This document shows positions 10,300 to 20,954 of a stretch of DNA of 64,000 nucleotides, piece by piece. Position numbers and translations under genes: made by a program. The stretch's first letter is position 1, and every line of letters begins with the position of its first letter. Source of the DNA: Cyanobacteriota bacterium (GTDB lineage Bacteria > Cyanobacteriota > Cyanobacteriia > Thermostichales > Thermostichaceae); contig JANRIL010000031.1 in NCBI GenBank assembly GCA_033764955.1, positions 1 to 64,000 of the forward strand. The letters are read 5' to 3'. Under the pieces are notes generated by a model. It saw only the letters and a list, made by a program, of their open reading frames with translations. It searched no databases and was not told where the DNA came from.

Positions 10300-10608
10300 G
10301 GGGGATCCGTTCAGATCCTGAGCAGCTAGAGAACAGCTACGGCTAACTTCATTTTTATCGTTATTTCGGTTCAGAGCTGAACAACCACTCACCTCTTGCC
10401 TAGAGCAGGAGAAGAGAGCTTAGATTAACTGCGATAACGGTGGGGCAGGGCAGATGACTCACCTTGCACAAAATTAACCTTAAATCAACCTTGATAGGTT
10501 ATCGGCCAGTATGCGGCTTGGAACGAGTCAGAGTTTCTTGCTCTGGTTAGGGCTTTCACCCTAGACTCGTAGCAAGTCCTTTTCATCCTGAAATGAGGAT
10601 CTAAAATT

Positions 10609-11547
10609 TTGCTGCCTATTGAAGGATCGACCTACCCGTCTGCTGTGGATAGCCCCCTCCAGTTGGTGGGCAACACTCCCCTGATCCGACTGAGGCGAAT
10701 CACCACTGGTTTGTCTGCTGGGGTGCGGCTTTATGCCAAGGCTGAGTGGTATAACCCTGGGGGATCCGTGAAAGATCGCCCAGCCTTGAACATGATTGAG
10801 CAGGGGGAGCGATCCGGTCAGCTTACCCCAGACAAAATCATTTTGGATGCCACCTCCGGCAACACGGGCATTGCCTATGCCTGGATTGGTGCTGCTAAGG
10901 GATACAAGGTCAAGCTTGCCCTACCTGCCAACGCCAGCCCAGAGCGAAAGAAAATTTTGACAGCCTATGGGGTGGATCTGGTGTTGACAGATCCTGCCCT
11001 CGGCTCGGATGGAGCAATTGAGAAGGCCAGAGCTATTTATCAAGGGGATCCCGACCGCTATTTTTATCCCGACCAGTACAGCAATCCGGGCAATTGGCAA
11101 GCCCACTATCAGACCACAGGTGTCGAGATTTATCAGCAAACCCAGGGAGAAATCACCCATTTTGTGGCAGGTCTAGGCACCAGTGGCACCTGTATGGGAG
11201 TGGGACGGCGGCTACGGGATTTTCGCTCCACCATTCAAATCGTGGCGATGCAGCCGGACTCTCCATTTCACGGATTGGAGGGTCTCAAGCACATGGCTAC
11301 TGCCCTCAACCCAGCTATCTATGATCCCCACCTACCGGATCGCCAGTTAGAGGTATCCACCGAGGCGGCGCAAGCGATGGTGAAAAAGCTGGCCTTAGAA
11401 GAGGGATTGTTGGTGGGCATTTCCGCCGGAGCCAACGTGGTGGCCGCCTTGCAGGTTGCCCAGCAGATCACCTCAGGGGTGGTCGTCACGATCTTTTGCG
11501 ATAGTGCGGATAAATATCTCTCGGAAAGGTTTTGGTTGGATCCCTAG
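10609..11547 (+). CDS. PLP-dependent cysteine synthase family protein (CysM-like)
   Basis: VGNTPL, NPGGSVKDR, ATSGNTG, AGLGTSGT. Confidence 0.9.
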   Translation: MLPIEGSTYPSAVDSPLQLVGNTPLIRLRRITTGLSAGVRLYAKAEWYNPGGSVKDRPALNMIEQGERSGQLTPDKIILDATSGNTGIAYAWIGAAKGYKVKLALPANASPERKKILTAYGVDLVLTDPALGSDGAIEKARAIYQGDPDRYFYPDQYSNPGNWQAHYQTTGVEIYQQTQGEITHFVAGLGTSGTCMGVGRRLRDFRSTIQIVAMQPDSPFHGLEGLKHMATALNPAIYDPHLPDRQLEVSTEAAQAMVKKLALEEGLLVGISAGANVVAALQVAQQITSGVVVTIFCDSADKYLSERFWLDP

Positions 11548-11600
11548 GACAAACCCTACGTTTATGGCTATCATAGTTGAGCTGTCCCGTAGGGATATAC

Positions 11601-11679
11601 GCGGATGTGGCGGAATGGTATACGCGCACGTTTGAGGGGCGTGTGGGCAACCTTGCGAGTTCGAGTCTCGCCATCCGCA
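11601..11679 (+). tRNA. trnL: tRNA-Leu(GAG)
   Basis: GCGGATGTGGCGGAATGGTATACGCGCACGTTTGAGGGGCGTGTGGGCAACCTTGCGAGTTCGAGTCTCGCCATCCGCA; anticodon GAG, variable arm. Confidence 0.96.
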
Positions 11680-11698
11680 TGACTTTCCTCAGCCTGCT

Positions 11699-12334
11699 AT
11701 GAATATCGCCTTTATTGGAATTGGACAAGTGGGTTCGGCACTGGCTGGACACTTGGTTAAGCAAGGACACACCGTCACGATTGCCGCTCGCAACCCCCAG
11801 TCAACCAGCGTGCAATCTGCCTTAGCTCGCTACCCCGATTTGCAAGTGGCGGATCCCGTGGATGCCGTTGCGGCGGCTGAGGTCATTTTCTTAGCTACAC
11901 CCTATGCCGCCAACGCAGAAGCACTCAGGGAAGCGGGTGATTTCTCTGGCAAAATTCTCGTGGACTGCACCAATCCAGTGGGAGCGAATTTGAGCCATGG
12001 ACTGAACAGTGAGCGGTCTGGTGCCGAAGTGGTACAAAGCTTGGTTCCGACAGCCAAGGTGGTGAAGGCTTTCACCATCTATGGCTTTGAAAATTTTGAA
12101 GATAACCACTATCCCAACCCAGGTAACCTCAAACCCGCCATGCTGATTGCGGGGGACGACAGCCAGGCCAAACAAGTGGTCGCCTCTCTCTGTCAAGCAT
12201 TAGGCTGGGATCCCGTCGATACAGGCCGCTTAGCCATGAGCCTACATCTGGAGCACATGACCCTCCTCTGGATTCAGATGGCACGTGTGCAGGGGCGAGG
12301 AGCCGGTTTTGTCTGGGCGATGCTAGAAAAATAA
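11699..12334 (+). CDS. NADPH-dependent F420 reductase family oxidoreductase
   Basis: IGIGQVGSALA Rossmann motif, LVDCTNP, SGAE, VVKAF, AGDD. Confidence 0.85.
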   Translation: MNIAFIGIGQVGSALAGHLVKQGHTVTIAARNPQSTSVQSALARYPDLQVADPVDAVAAAEVIFLATPYAANAEALREAGDFSGKILVDCTNPVGANLSHGLNSERSGAEVVQSLVPTAKVVKAFTIYGFENFEDNHYPNPGNLKPAMLIAGDDSQAKQVVASLCQALGWDPVDTGRLAMSLHLEHMTLLWIQMARVQGRGAGFVWAMLEK

Positions 12335-12425
12335 TCTTAAAAACAATCTTCAGCGCTTATTGGCACGTAGGGATCCAAATTTTTCTGTGGAATGTTAGAC
12401 TAGTAAACTGTCAACTTAACCAATC

Positions 12426-12522
12426 CACACGCCCAATCCATGTCGGGTGTTTTGTCCTGTCTGGGATATCTATCTGCCGATATCTTGACCGAATGAAATG
12501 CAGTGGGCGGAGGTCTAACCCG
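12426..12522 (+). ncRNA. rpsB leader (S2 autoregulatory element, t44-like RNA)
   Basis: CACACGCCC...CGGGTG...GGGCGGAGGTCTAACCCG directly 5' of rpsB, same layout as known S2 leaders (GGGU pairing with AACCC). Confidence 0.7.
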
Positions 12523-12534
12523 TAGGAGAAAAGC

Positions 12535-13335
12535 ATGAGTGTTGTAACATTGCCTCAATTGTTGGAGGCAGGCGTTCACTTTGGGCACAAAGCCAGCCGC
12601 TGGAACCCCAAGATGCGTCCCTATATTTTCACCGAGCGTAACGGCATCCACATCATTGATTTAGTGCAAACTGCCCGTTATCTGAACGATGCCTATGACT
12701 ATATGCGGGAGGCGGCGGATGCGGGCAAGCGCTTTTTATTTGTTGGCACCAAGCGGCAGGCGGCGGGGATCATTGCCCAAGAAGCCCTCCGCTGTGGAAG
12801 TTCTTTTATCAACCAGCGTTGGTTGGGGGGAATGTTGACCAACTGGACAACCATCAAAACCCGTATTGATCGCCTCAAAGAAATCGAAGAAATGGATCGC
12901 AACGGTATCTTAGATCGGCTGCCCAAGCAGGAAGCCTCTGGTTTGCGCCGCGATATGGCCAAACTGGAAAAGTATCTGGGCGGGATCAAGACGATGCGAC
13001 GGTTGCCGGATGTGGTGGTGGTGGTGGATCAGCGGCGGGAATCCAATGCGGTTCAGGAGTGCATCAAACTGAATATCCCGATTGTTTCGCTCCTGGACAC
13101 CAACTGTGATCCCGATCTGAGTGATGTGTTTATCCCCTCCAACGATGATGCGATTCGAGCCATCAAACTGATTGTGGGCAAGTTAGCCGATGCTATCTAT
13201 GAAGGTCGCCACGGACAGCTCGATACTTCCGAAGAAGAAGAGTATGAAATGTATGAGGGAGCGATGGATTTTGAAGATGACTTGCTTGAAGATATGGACG
13301 GGGAGGAAGCGGCTGAAGAATCCGATGAGGGATAG
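12535..13335 (+). CDS. rpsB: 30S ribosomal protein S2
   Basis: [33 protein letters not shown]. Confidence 0.98.
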   Translation: MSVVTLPQLLEAGVHFGHKASRWNPKMRPYIFTERNGIHIIDLVQTARYLNDAYDYMREAADAGKRFLFVGTKRQAAGIIAQEALRCGSSFINQRWLGGMLTNWTTIKTRIDRLKEIEEMDRNGILDRLPKQEASGLRRDMAKLEKYLGGIKTMRRLPDVVVVVDQRRESNAVQECIKLNIPIVSLLDTNCDPDLSDVFIPSNDDAIRAIKLIVGKLADAIYEGRHGQLDTSEEEEYEMYEGAMDFEDDLLEDMDGEEAAEESDEG

Positions 13336-13458
13336 ATGGCTATGGCGAGGAGCGGGCTTGATCCCTGTCGGATCCCGGCGGGGGCTGCACCCCAGTTGAC
13401 GATATGCTTGAGGTAGGCAATTCCTGACTGGAATTCACACAAAATTTGAGGAAGATTC

Positions 13459-14319
13459 ATGGCAGACATAACCTCCCAGATGGTCAAAGAACTGCGTGAG
13501 AAAACTGGCGCAGGCATGATGGACTGCAAAAAAGCTCTGGTAGAAAGCAAAGGCGACATGGAGGCCGCTATCACTTGGCTGCGGCAAAAAGGTCTGGCGG
13601 GTGCCGCCAAAAAGGCGGGACGAGTCGCTGCTGAGGGATTGGTGGATAGCTATATTCATACCGGCGGACGAATTGGCATCTTGGTGGAGGTCAATTGTGA
13701 AACCGATTTCGTGGCACGGCGCAGTGAGTTTAAGGACTTAGTGCGAAGCATTGCTATGCAGATTGCCGCCTGTCCGAATGTGGAATATGTTAGTACGGCT
13801 CAAATTCCGGTAGACGTGGTGGAACGGGAAAAAACCATTGAAATGGGCAAAGATGATCTGGGCAATAAACCCGCCAATGTGCGGGAGAAAATTGTTCAGG
13901 GTCGCATTGACAAACGCTTGCGGGAGCTATCTTTGTTGGATCAGCCCTATGTGAAAGATCAGTCTATTACCATCGAAGAGTTGGTGAAGCAGTCAGTGGC
14001 CTTGCTGGGAGAAAATATTCAGATTCGCCGCTTTACCCGCTTCGTTTTGGGCGAAGGGATTGAGAAAGAAACGGTTGATTTTGCCGCAGAAGTGGCCGCT
14101 GCTGCTCAATCGGGATCCCAACCTGCGGCCAAAACTGCCCCTGTTGAGACCCCCTCAGCGGATGCTGTTGCTCCGATGGCAGCGGTGAGCGTTGAGGCTG
14201 TTGGTGAGCCAAAGGGAGTAGAAGCGGGGGTGGCGGAAGAAAGTGCTCCTCAAGAGGCTGCTGCCGGCGGGTTTGGCAAGTCGGGCAAGTCGGCCAAATC
14301 AAGTAAGAAGAAAAAATAA
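13459..14319 (+). CDS. tsf: Elongation factor Ts with low-complexity C-terminal tail
   Basis: [29 protein letters not shown]; follows rpsB. Confidence 0.98.
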   Translation: MADITSQMVKELREKTGAGMMDCKKALVESKGDMEAAITWLRQKGLAGAAKKAGRVAAEGLVDSYIHTGGRIGILVEVNCETDFVARRSEFKDLVRSIAMQIAACPNVEYVSTAQIPVDVVEREKTIEMGKDDLGNKPANVREKIVQGRIDKRLRELSLLDQPYVKDQSITIEELVKQSVALLGENIQIRRFTRFVLGEGIEKETVDFAAEVAAAAQSGSQPAAKTAPVETPSADAVAPMAAVSVEAVGEPKGVEAGVAEESAPQEAAAGGFGKSGKSAKSSKKKK

Positions 14320-14331
14320 CCGGATTCCCTC

Positions 14332-15162
14332 ATGCTAGAGCTACACTGCCATACCACGTGTTCAGACGGGATCCTCTCCCCAACAGAGCTTGTGGTGATG
14401 GCTGTGCAGGCGGGGGTGAAGGGGTTGGCGATCTCCGATCACGATACCTTGGCGGGCTGGGAGGAAGCCGTTGAGGCCGCTCAGCCCTACCATCTTGAAA
14501 TCATTCCAGCGGTGGAATTAAGTACTGTCTGGCGAGGTCGTTCCCTTCATCTGTTGGGATTTTATCCGGATCCCCAGCTTTTGAATCCACCCTTGCAGGA
14601 ACGACAACAGGGGCGGATGCGCCGTGCTGCCGCCATGCTGGATAAGTTAGCAACCTTGGGGTATCCCATAACTCTGCCATTTCGTAATCTGTCGCCTGGG
14701 CGTCCGCATATCGCGCAGGCGCTGGTGGAGGCAGGCTATGTGCGAAACAGTCGAGAAGCTTTTGATCGCTTTTTGGCAGAGGGAGGCTCCGCTTTTGTTC
14801 CCTACGAAAAATTTAGTGCGGTGGAGGGGATCGATTTGTTGCGCCGTTGCGGAGCCGTGCCCGTCTGGGCGCATCCTCCCCTTTTTAAGGGAGACTCTGT
14901 GGAGCGTACCCTACGGGATTTGGTGGCGGCAGGACTACTGGGGCTAGAGGTCTATCATCCCGAACACTCCCGCACCACAACCGCCACCCTCTTGGATTTA
15001 GCCAACCGCTACCACCTTTTGATCACAGGTGGAAGTGACTATCATGGTCCCAACCCTCGTGGACATAGCCTCAATATGATGAAGCTAGAGATGAAGCTAT
15101 TGGATCGGCTGAAGCAGGTTCATCAAGCATTTTGTATGCTACCTGTTCAAGAGAAGAACTGA
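14332..15162 (+). CDS. PHP domain phosphoesterase
   Basis: ELHCHTTCSDG, ISDHD, GRPHIA, WAHP, GGSDYHG. Confidence 0.92.
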   Translation: MLELHCHTTCSDGILSPTELVVMAVQAGVKGLAISDHDTLAGWEEAVEAAQPYHLEIIPAVELSTVWRGRSLHLLGFYPDPQLLNPPLQERQQGRMRRAAAMLDKLATLGYPITLPFRNLSPGRPHIAQALVEAGYVRNSREAFDRFLAEGGSAFVPYEKFSAVEGIDLLRRCGAVPVWAHPPLFKGDSVERTLRDLVAAGLLGLEVYHPEHSRTTTATLLDLANRYHLLITGGSDYHGPNPRGHSLNMMKLEMKLLDRLKQVHQAFCMLPVQEKN

Positions 15163-15207
15163 ATACAAAAACACTGAATACTCGACAAATCATTCTCAGC
15201 AGAGGAG

Positions 15208-15510
15208 TCAATCATTTCTCAGCAGTTCATTTGAGGTGGGTTTCCTCCAGATCTCAATCTTCTGTTCATCCAAATACGCAAGTCCGTACATAATTTGATT
15301 TTGAGTACCCCGCAATTGCAGATCAAACCAGCCATCCTGATTGCCGTTTCCTGTGAGAATTGCCCCGGCAATATTAACAGTCAATCCATAGCGAGATATC
15401 AAGGTAGAAATAACAGGTTGTTGATGATATTCTCTAGGAACTCGGATGGTAATTCGGCTTTCAGTCAAAGAGTTTGTCTCCACAGTTTTGGAGGATGAGC
15501 TGGTGATCAT
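15208..15510 (-). CDS. Stand-alone NIL domain protein
   Basis: RITIRVPREYHQQPVISTLISRYGLTVNIAGA..GWFDLQLRG pattern; ATG 15510. Confidence 0.75.
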   Translation of the reverse strand: MITSSSSKTVETNSLTESRITIRVPREYHQQPVISTLISRYGLTVNIAGAILTGNGNQDGWFDLQLRGTQNQIMYGLAYLDEQKIEIWRKPTSNELLRND

Positions 15511-15577
15511 AGATATCGACTCCTGAAATCTAGAAATGATTAGCCAGTGTTGAGAAGAAAGATATGTTGAGAGAAGA

Positions 15578-16345
15578 CTATGTTGGCTGATATGCAAGAT
15601 GAGATGAATGGTAGAAGGCTGATTCCGGTTGAATTAAAATACGGTTGAGAATTTGTTCTTCCAAAGCAGCAAAAGTGGCACTACCTCGTTGCCGTGGTCG
15701 TGGGAGAGTAATAGGTACATCAAGAGCGATGGATCCCTGCTCAATCAAGATGACGCGATCGGCTAGGGCAATCGCTTCTCCTACATCATGGGTAACCAAA
15801 ATAGATGTAAATTGCTGTTCCTGCCAAAGCTTTTCAATTAATCTCTGCATTTCAATCCGTGTTAGGGCATCAAGGGCACCAAGAGGTTCATCTAAGAGCA
15901 AGAGACGAGGATGATGAACCAAGGCTCTTGCTAATGCCACTCGTTGGCGTTGACCGCCCGACAAGATAGCCGGCCAATCTTTGGCTCGATCGAGTAAGCC
16001 GACATGACTGAGTACTTCTAGCGTTTGATGTTGCCAATTTCCTGTCAAACCCAAGCTAATATTTTGCTGGACAGTTCTCCAGGGTAAAAGACGGGCATCT
16101 TGAAACATGATCCGAACGGAGGGATCCACTCCTTTAAGAGGCCGATGGTCTAACCAAATTTCTCCTTGCGTGGGTTTATCTAGCCCAGCAATCAATCGAA
16201 GAAGGGTGCTTTTGCCGCAACCACTTTTACCAATAATAACAACAAACTCACCAGAACTAACCTGTAGCCGAATATTTTGTAGAACAGGTTTATTTCCAAA
16301 ATATTTATTGAGGTTTGTGACCTCTAGATTGATCCCATTTGACAT
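15578..16345 (-). CDS. ssuB: Aliphatic sulfonate ABC transporter ATP-binding protein
   Basis: [39 protein letters not shown]. Confidence 0.93.
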   Translation of the reverse strand: MSNGINLEVTNLNKYFGNKPVLQNIRLQVSSGEFVVIIGKSGCGKSTLLRLIAGLDKPTQGEIWLDHRPLKGVDPSVRIMFQDARLLPWRTVQQNISLGLTGNWQHQTLEVLSHVGLLDRAKDWPAILSGGQRQRVALARALVHHPRLLLLDEPLGALDALTRIEMQRLIEKLWQEQQFTSILVTHDVGEAIALADRVILIEQGSIALDVPITLPRPRQRGSATFAALEEQILNRILIQPESAFYHSSHLAYQPT

Positions 16346-16473
16346 AGATGATCCCTCTCAAGAAATGAGCTTTGAATAATTCACCCAAACTTCTTCCGGC
16401 TTTATTAAGCAATCCAGAATTAGATAAACTGTATAAAGCACAAAGTTAGTTTTTAGTTGCCAACGCTTGTCTG

Positions 16474-17268
16474 TTACTTCTTGGCCAAAGAATAACTCGG
16501 ATGCCATTTAAGTAGATTTTCTTCCAAAACTCTGGCAATAACATCTGCGATTTTTCCCAGCAAGGCATATAGAATAATGCTCAAAACAACTACATCTGTC
16601 TGTAGAAATTCTCGAGCATTCATAGCCATATAACCAATTCCTGAATTCGCAGCAATAGTTTCTGCCACAATCAGTGTCAGCCACATAATTCCTAGTGCGA
16701 ATCGCAGGCCAACTAAAACAGCGGGTAATGCTCCTGGTAAAATTACCTGACTGACCAATGCCCAACCTTGTAAGCCATAAACTTTGCCCATCTCAATTAG
16801 CCCTGGGTCAACGGTACGGATGCCATAGAATGTGTTGATATAAATTGGGAATAATACACCGATTGCAACTAAGAAAATTCTGGCTTCTTCTCCAATGCCA
16901 AACCACAAAATAACTAGTGGAATCATGGCCAAATGAGGTATATTACGAATCATTTGAACGGAGGTATCTAAAAGTTGCTCAGCAGGCAAAAATAATCCAT
17001 TCACCATGCCTAGAGTAAAACCAATTCCTCCCCCAATTAAAAATCCTATAGCTGCCCGCTTAAAACTAATACCAATATTAAGCCATAGTTCTCCACTTTG
17101 AGTGAGTTGAAATGCTGTCAGCAAAACATCACTTGGAGAAGGTAATATGCGTGTCGGAAGGAAGCCAAACTCAGAAAAGATTTGCCAAACAACCAGGAGA
17201 GTAATAGGCAGTAGCCAGGGAAGTAGTTTTTGTGCGTATCGTCCATTTAGTAAGGCTTGAGATTGCAT
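16474..17268 (-). CDS. ssuC: Aliphatic sulfonate ABC transporter permease
   Basis: QMIRNIPHLAMIPLVILWFGIGE, WLTLIVAETIAANSGIGY. Confidence 0.94.
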   Translation of the reverse strand: MQSQALLNGRYAQKLLPWLLPITLLVVWQIFSEFGFLPTRILPSPSDVLLTAFQLTQSGELWLNIGISFKRAAIGFLIGGGIGFTLGMVNGLFLPAEQLLDTSVQMIRNIPHLAMIPLVILWFGIGEEARIFLVAIGVLFPIYINTFYGIRTVDPGLIEMGKVYGLQGWALVSQVILPGALPAVLVGLRFALGIMWLTLIVAETIAANSGIGYMAMNAREFLQTDVVVLSIILYALLGKIADVIARVLEENLLKWHPSYSLAKK

Positions 17269-17331
17269 AGAATATCACCTCGGAGGAATTAGAGAGGAAT
17301 TGAGGAGATCAACAATTTCATTTTGTTGACT

Positions 17332-17928
17332 TCAGCTTGCAATGGGTTGACTATGATGATGCTTAGATTGTGTGGGATCCAAAACAGCTTGATGGATGTC
17401 ACTAGTGATAGCTATGGCTAGCTCTTCCAGAGATTCTTGTAATCGCTGCTCAATCTCAGCATCAATCTGAAAGGCTTGCCCCTCTTGCCAACGGATTTGC
17501 CGATCTACAATATAGACACCCTGCAAAATGTGACGGGATCCTAGAGCATAAAGAACCGGTTTTAGACTGTAGTCAATGGCTAGCAAATGAGCTAGTGTTC
17601 CACCCGTTGCTATGGGCAGTACTATCTTTCCGGCTAAGCTGGCTTGAGGTAGTAAATCCAAATAGGTTTTGAGAACTCCTGTGTAGGTAGTCTTATAGAT
17701 TGGGGTTGCAATAATTACCCCTTTGGCTTGAATAACCCGCTCGTTAGCACTCAGAATGGCTGGGCTATTGTAGCGACCCAATATCAAATCTTCAGTTGGT
17801 AAATCTCGAACGGTGATCCGATCCATACTGATATTTTTTTGTTCTAAATACTGCTGGATATAGGTGAGCAGGGCAGAAGAACGGGAGGGAGAAGAAGGAC
17901 TTCCAGCAATGGCGATAATATCAGACAT
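17332..17928 (-). CDS. ssuE: NADPH-dependent FMN reductase
   Basis: IAGSPSSPSRS, ATPIYK, ATGGTLAHLLAIDYSLKPVL. Confidence 0.92.
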   Translation of the reverse strand: MSDIIAIAGSPSSPSRSSALLTYIQQYLEQKNISMDRITVRDLPTEDLILGRYNSPAILSANERVIQAKGVIIATPIYKTTYTGVLKTYLDLLPQASLAGKIVLPIATGGTLAHLLAIDYSLKPVLYALGSRHILQGVYIVDRQIRWQEGQAFQIDAEIEQRLQESLEELAIAITSDIHQAVLDPTQSKHHHSQPIAS

Positions 17929-18012
17929 ATTCACAGATTGATAAAAGGGCAGATTATCTGAATGTAAGAGGGAATGGGTTTAGTCTGTTATGAGGAGAAT
18001 GAAAGGTAGAGG

Positions 18013-18432
18013 TTAGGCTGAATGTACCATCCGCTGGGAAATGCAAGGAAGCGGAGACTGCACCAGGATGACCACCATTGGATCAGATCCCGTATTTCTA
18101 ATCTCATGGAAGGTATCTTCAGGAATATTGACAAAAGATCCTGATTTTACACTCAAAGTTTTCTCTCCCGATGGCATCTGAATCACTACCAATCCTTCTC
18201 CTCTGAGAAAATAAAGTAATTCTGAACTGGTCGGATGCTTATGAAGACTATTGACCTGCCCTGGCTCAAAGCAATAGGTACCAAAGAGAAGTTGATCTGT
18301 TGAGAAAACAACCTGCTTGGTATATCCTTTAGCGCTGAAGTTAAGAACTTCTTCCAAGGCCTTATATAAATCTTGAGAACCTGAATCGAACAAAAGTGCT
18401 TGATTCGCTGGGATCTCTGTTGGTGTTGACAT
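18013..18432 (-). CDS. Cupin domain protein
   Basis: HKHPTSSELLYFLRGEG and IPEDTFHEIRNTG motifs; AAGGA RBS before ATG 18432. Confidence 0.85.
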   Translation of the reverse strand: MSTPTEIPANQALLFDSGSQDLYKALEEVLNFSAKGYTKQVVFSTDQLLFGTYCFEPGQVNSLHKHPTSSELLYFLRGEGLVVIQMPSGEKTLSVKSGSFVNIPEDTFHEIRNTGSDPMVVILVQSPLPCISQRMVHSA

Positions 18433-18652
18433 GGTAAATTCCTTAAAAGATAAATAAAGATGGTAGAGAAAGATGATCAGAGGATTTGGCTTTGGACAGA
18501 TTTTTTTGCTTTGAATCAGATACAAAAAACTGACTGACTGGGATCCCTGTTGGTGATGAAGAAGAAGACATGGCAAACTTCCTGAAGAGTGGGTAAAAGT
18601 GCTTAAATTTGTGGGAAAACTGGACTTAAGAGGTGAATAATCTTTTATAAAA

Positions 18653-19810
18653 CTAGCTGGCAGATTCTAAAACCCGTTGACTTGGTATAAGCTGATTAGC
18701 CACGATCTCACCGAAAGGGCTAAACAATTGTGGCTGTTTTGTAACCTCTTTTAGCCCCATATTCTGTTCAAAATATGGGAAGAGCAGCTCAGCAACTCGG
18801 TAGGCTTCTTCTAAGTGGGGATAGCCAGATAAAATGAAGGTTTCAATGCCCAAATCGATATATTCCTGCATCAAATTAGCCACGGTAGCGGGATCCCCAA
18901 CTAAGGCTGTACCTGCCCCGCCTCTCACCAAACCTACTCCTGCCCAGAGGTTAGGATAAATTTCTAGGTTGGCGCGGCTTCCGTTGTGTAACTGTGTCAT
19001 TCGCCGTTGTCCTTCGGAGTCCATCCGCGCATAGACGCGCTGTGCCTGAGCAATCGCATCATCGTCCACATAGCGAATTAGGTTCTCTGCCGCTTGCCAT
19101 GCTTCTCCCTGAGTTTCTCGCACAATAATGTGGAGGCGGATGCCAAATTTGAGGGTGCGCCCTTGTTCAGCGGACAATTGGCGAACGGTTTTGATCTTTT
19201 CGGCAACCTGCGCGGGTGGTTCCCCCCAGGTGAGATAGGTATCCACATGTTTGGCAGCAATCTCTTGTGCTACCGGAGAGGATCCGCCAAACCAGAGGGG
19301 GGGGTAGGGATCCTGGAGGGGGGGGAAGAGGAGGCGGGATCCCCTCACATTCAGATAATCTCCCGCAAAATCAACAGTTTCTCCGGCAAGGGTTTGTCGC
19401 CAGACAGTCAGGAATTCATCGGTTAGGGCGTAGCGGGCATCATGATCCAAATGGAGACCATCCCCTGCCAGTTCTACCGGATCTCCGCCCGTAACAATGT
19501 TAATCAATAAACGCCCCTGAGAGAGACGGTCAAAGGTCGCCGCCATACGAGCGGCTACTCCAGGGGAGACCAAACCAGGGCGAATCGCCACCAAAAACTT
19601 CATGTGGCGGGTGACAGAAGCCAAGAAAGAGGCGGCAATCCAGGCATCTTCACAAGAGCGCCCTGTGGGTAGCAACGCCCCCGTAAACCCCAAATGATCG
19701 ATGGCTTGAGCCAGTTGTTTGAGATAATCACAATCCACCGCTCTCCCTCCAACAGAGGTGCCCAGATAGCGACCATCACCATGCAGAGGAATAAACCAAA
19801 AGAGGTTCAT
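18653..19810 (-). CDS. ssuD: FMNH2-dependent alkanesulfonate monooxygenase
   Basis: [41 protein letters not shown]. Confidence 0.96.
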   Translation of the reverse strand: MNLFWFIPLHGDGRYLGTSVGGRAVDCDYLKQLAQAIDHLGFTGALLPTGRSCEDAWIAASFLASVTRHMKFLVAIRPGLVSPGVAARMAATFDRLSQGRLLINIVTGGDPVELAGDGLHLDHDARYALTDEFLTVWRQTLAGETVDFAGDYLNVRGSRLLFPPLQDPYPPLWFGGSSPVAQEIAAKHVDTYLTWGEPPAQVAEKIKTVRQLSAEQGRTLKFGIRLHIIVRETQGEAWQAAENLIRYVDDDAIAQAQRVYARMDSEGQRRMTQLHNGSRANLEIYPNLWAGVGLVRGGAGTALVGDPATVANLMQEYIDLGIETFILSGYPHLEEAYRVAELLFPYFEQNMGLKEVTKQPQLFSPFGEIVANQLIPSQRVLESAS

Positions 19811-19935
19811 AAAGGCAGTTCCTTAGGCTTAAAAACTTGCTGAACTGAGATTGAATTGATCGAGAAAATAGGTGAAGAGTGAGAGAGTTTTATCGATTGG
19901 AAATATCGGTATAGAATCCTAATCCGATAAGTAAA

Positions 19936-20916
19936 CTAGGCTTTAGGGGTCCAGATCACATCTTGTACAACAATCGCCTCTGGGATCAGTTTTAGACCTA
20001 AAAAAACATCAGCAATCGATTGTTGATCTCGAATCGTTTGAGCATCAATCCATTGTGCTCCATAGGCGCGACGGCGGGAAACTTTTTGCAGCACCTCCTC
20101 CGGGATCCCCAATTGTGGAGACAATAGTTTTGCCACCTGATCGGGATTGTTTTTTGCCCAATCATCGACTTTTTGAATCTCTTCAATGATGATTTTCAGA
20201 CGATCAGGATAGGTCTCAGCAAAAGGTCGAGCCGCCAGATAAAACTCTCGGTTGGCGACTAATCCCTCTCCATCTGCCAAAACTCGTGCCCCCGTCGCCG
20301 CTTCGGCTGCCCCAAAGAAAGGATCCCAAATCACCCAGGCATCTACATCTCGCTTTTCAAAAGCAGCTCTTGCATCAGCGGGAGGCAAGAAAATGACCTG
20401 CACATCTGAATATGAGATTCCAGCTTTTTCTAGAGCTTTGACCAACAGATAATGCACATTGGATCCCTTGTTGAGAACCACCTTTTTCCCTTTCAGATCT
20501 GCCACTCTTTGTAAAGGAGAATCTCCATGAATGAGAATGGCTTCACTTTTGGGGCTAGGAGGTTCATTGGCAACATACAGAAGTGGCGCACCTGCGGCTT
20601 GGGCAAAGATAGGTGGAGCTTCGCCGGTATGTCCAAAATCAATACTCCCAACATTGAGAGCTTCTAAGAGTTGTGGGCCACCCGGAAATTCAGTCCATTC
20701 AACTTTGATTGAATCCGAAGCCAGCCGCTTTTCCAAATCTCCGCGAGCTTTCACAATATTAACGGTGCCATATTTCTGAAAACCAATCCTCAACACTTGG
20801 GCATCTTGGGCATAAGCGGAATGTCTAGACCAAATTGGTGACGCCGCTAGACTGGCGAGACCAAAAGCTAAACCGCGAATCGCATGGCGACGATGAATAG
20901 GCGTGCTGAAGATCAT
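19936..20916 (-). CDS. ssuA: Sulfonate ABC transporter substrate-binding protein
   Basis: RIGFQKYG, EFPGGPQLLEAL, GEAPPIFAQAAG, DAWVIWDPF; twin-Arg N-terminus. Confidence 0.92.
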   Translation of the reverse strand: MIFSTPIHRRHAIRGLAFGLASLAASPIWSRHSAYAQDAQVLRIGFQKYGTVNIVKARGDLEKRLASDSIKVEWTEFPGGPQLLEALNVGSIDFGHTGEAPPIFAQAAGAPLLYVANEPPSPKSEAILIHGDSPLQRVADLKGKKVVLNKGSNVHYLLVKALEKAGISYSDVQVIFLPPADARAAFEKRDVDAWVIWDPFFGAAEAATGARVLADGEGLVANREFYLAARPFAETYPDRLKIIIEEIQKVDDWAKNNPDQVAKLLSPQLGIPEEVLQKVSRRRAYGAQWIDAQTIRDQQSIADVFLGLKLIPEAIVVQDVIWTPKA

Positions 20917-20954
20917 AGTATCGGTTAAACTCCTGATGAAATTTCTGTGAAGAC

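Noticed and set aside
10485..10510. AACCT-TGAT-AGGTT dyad upstream of cysteine synthase as a copy of the ssu operator
   Set aside because: Similarity to 22066-22091 is too weak to support.
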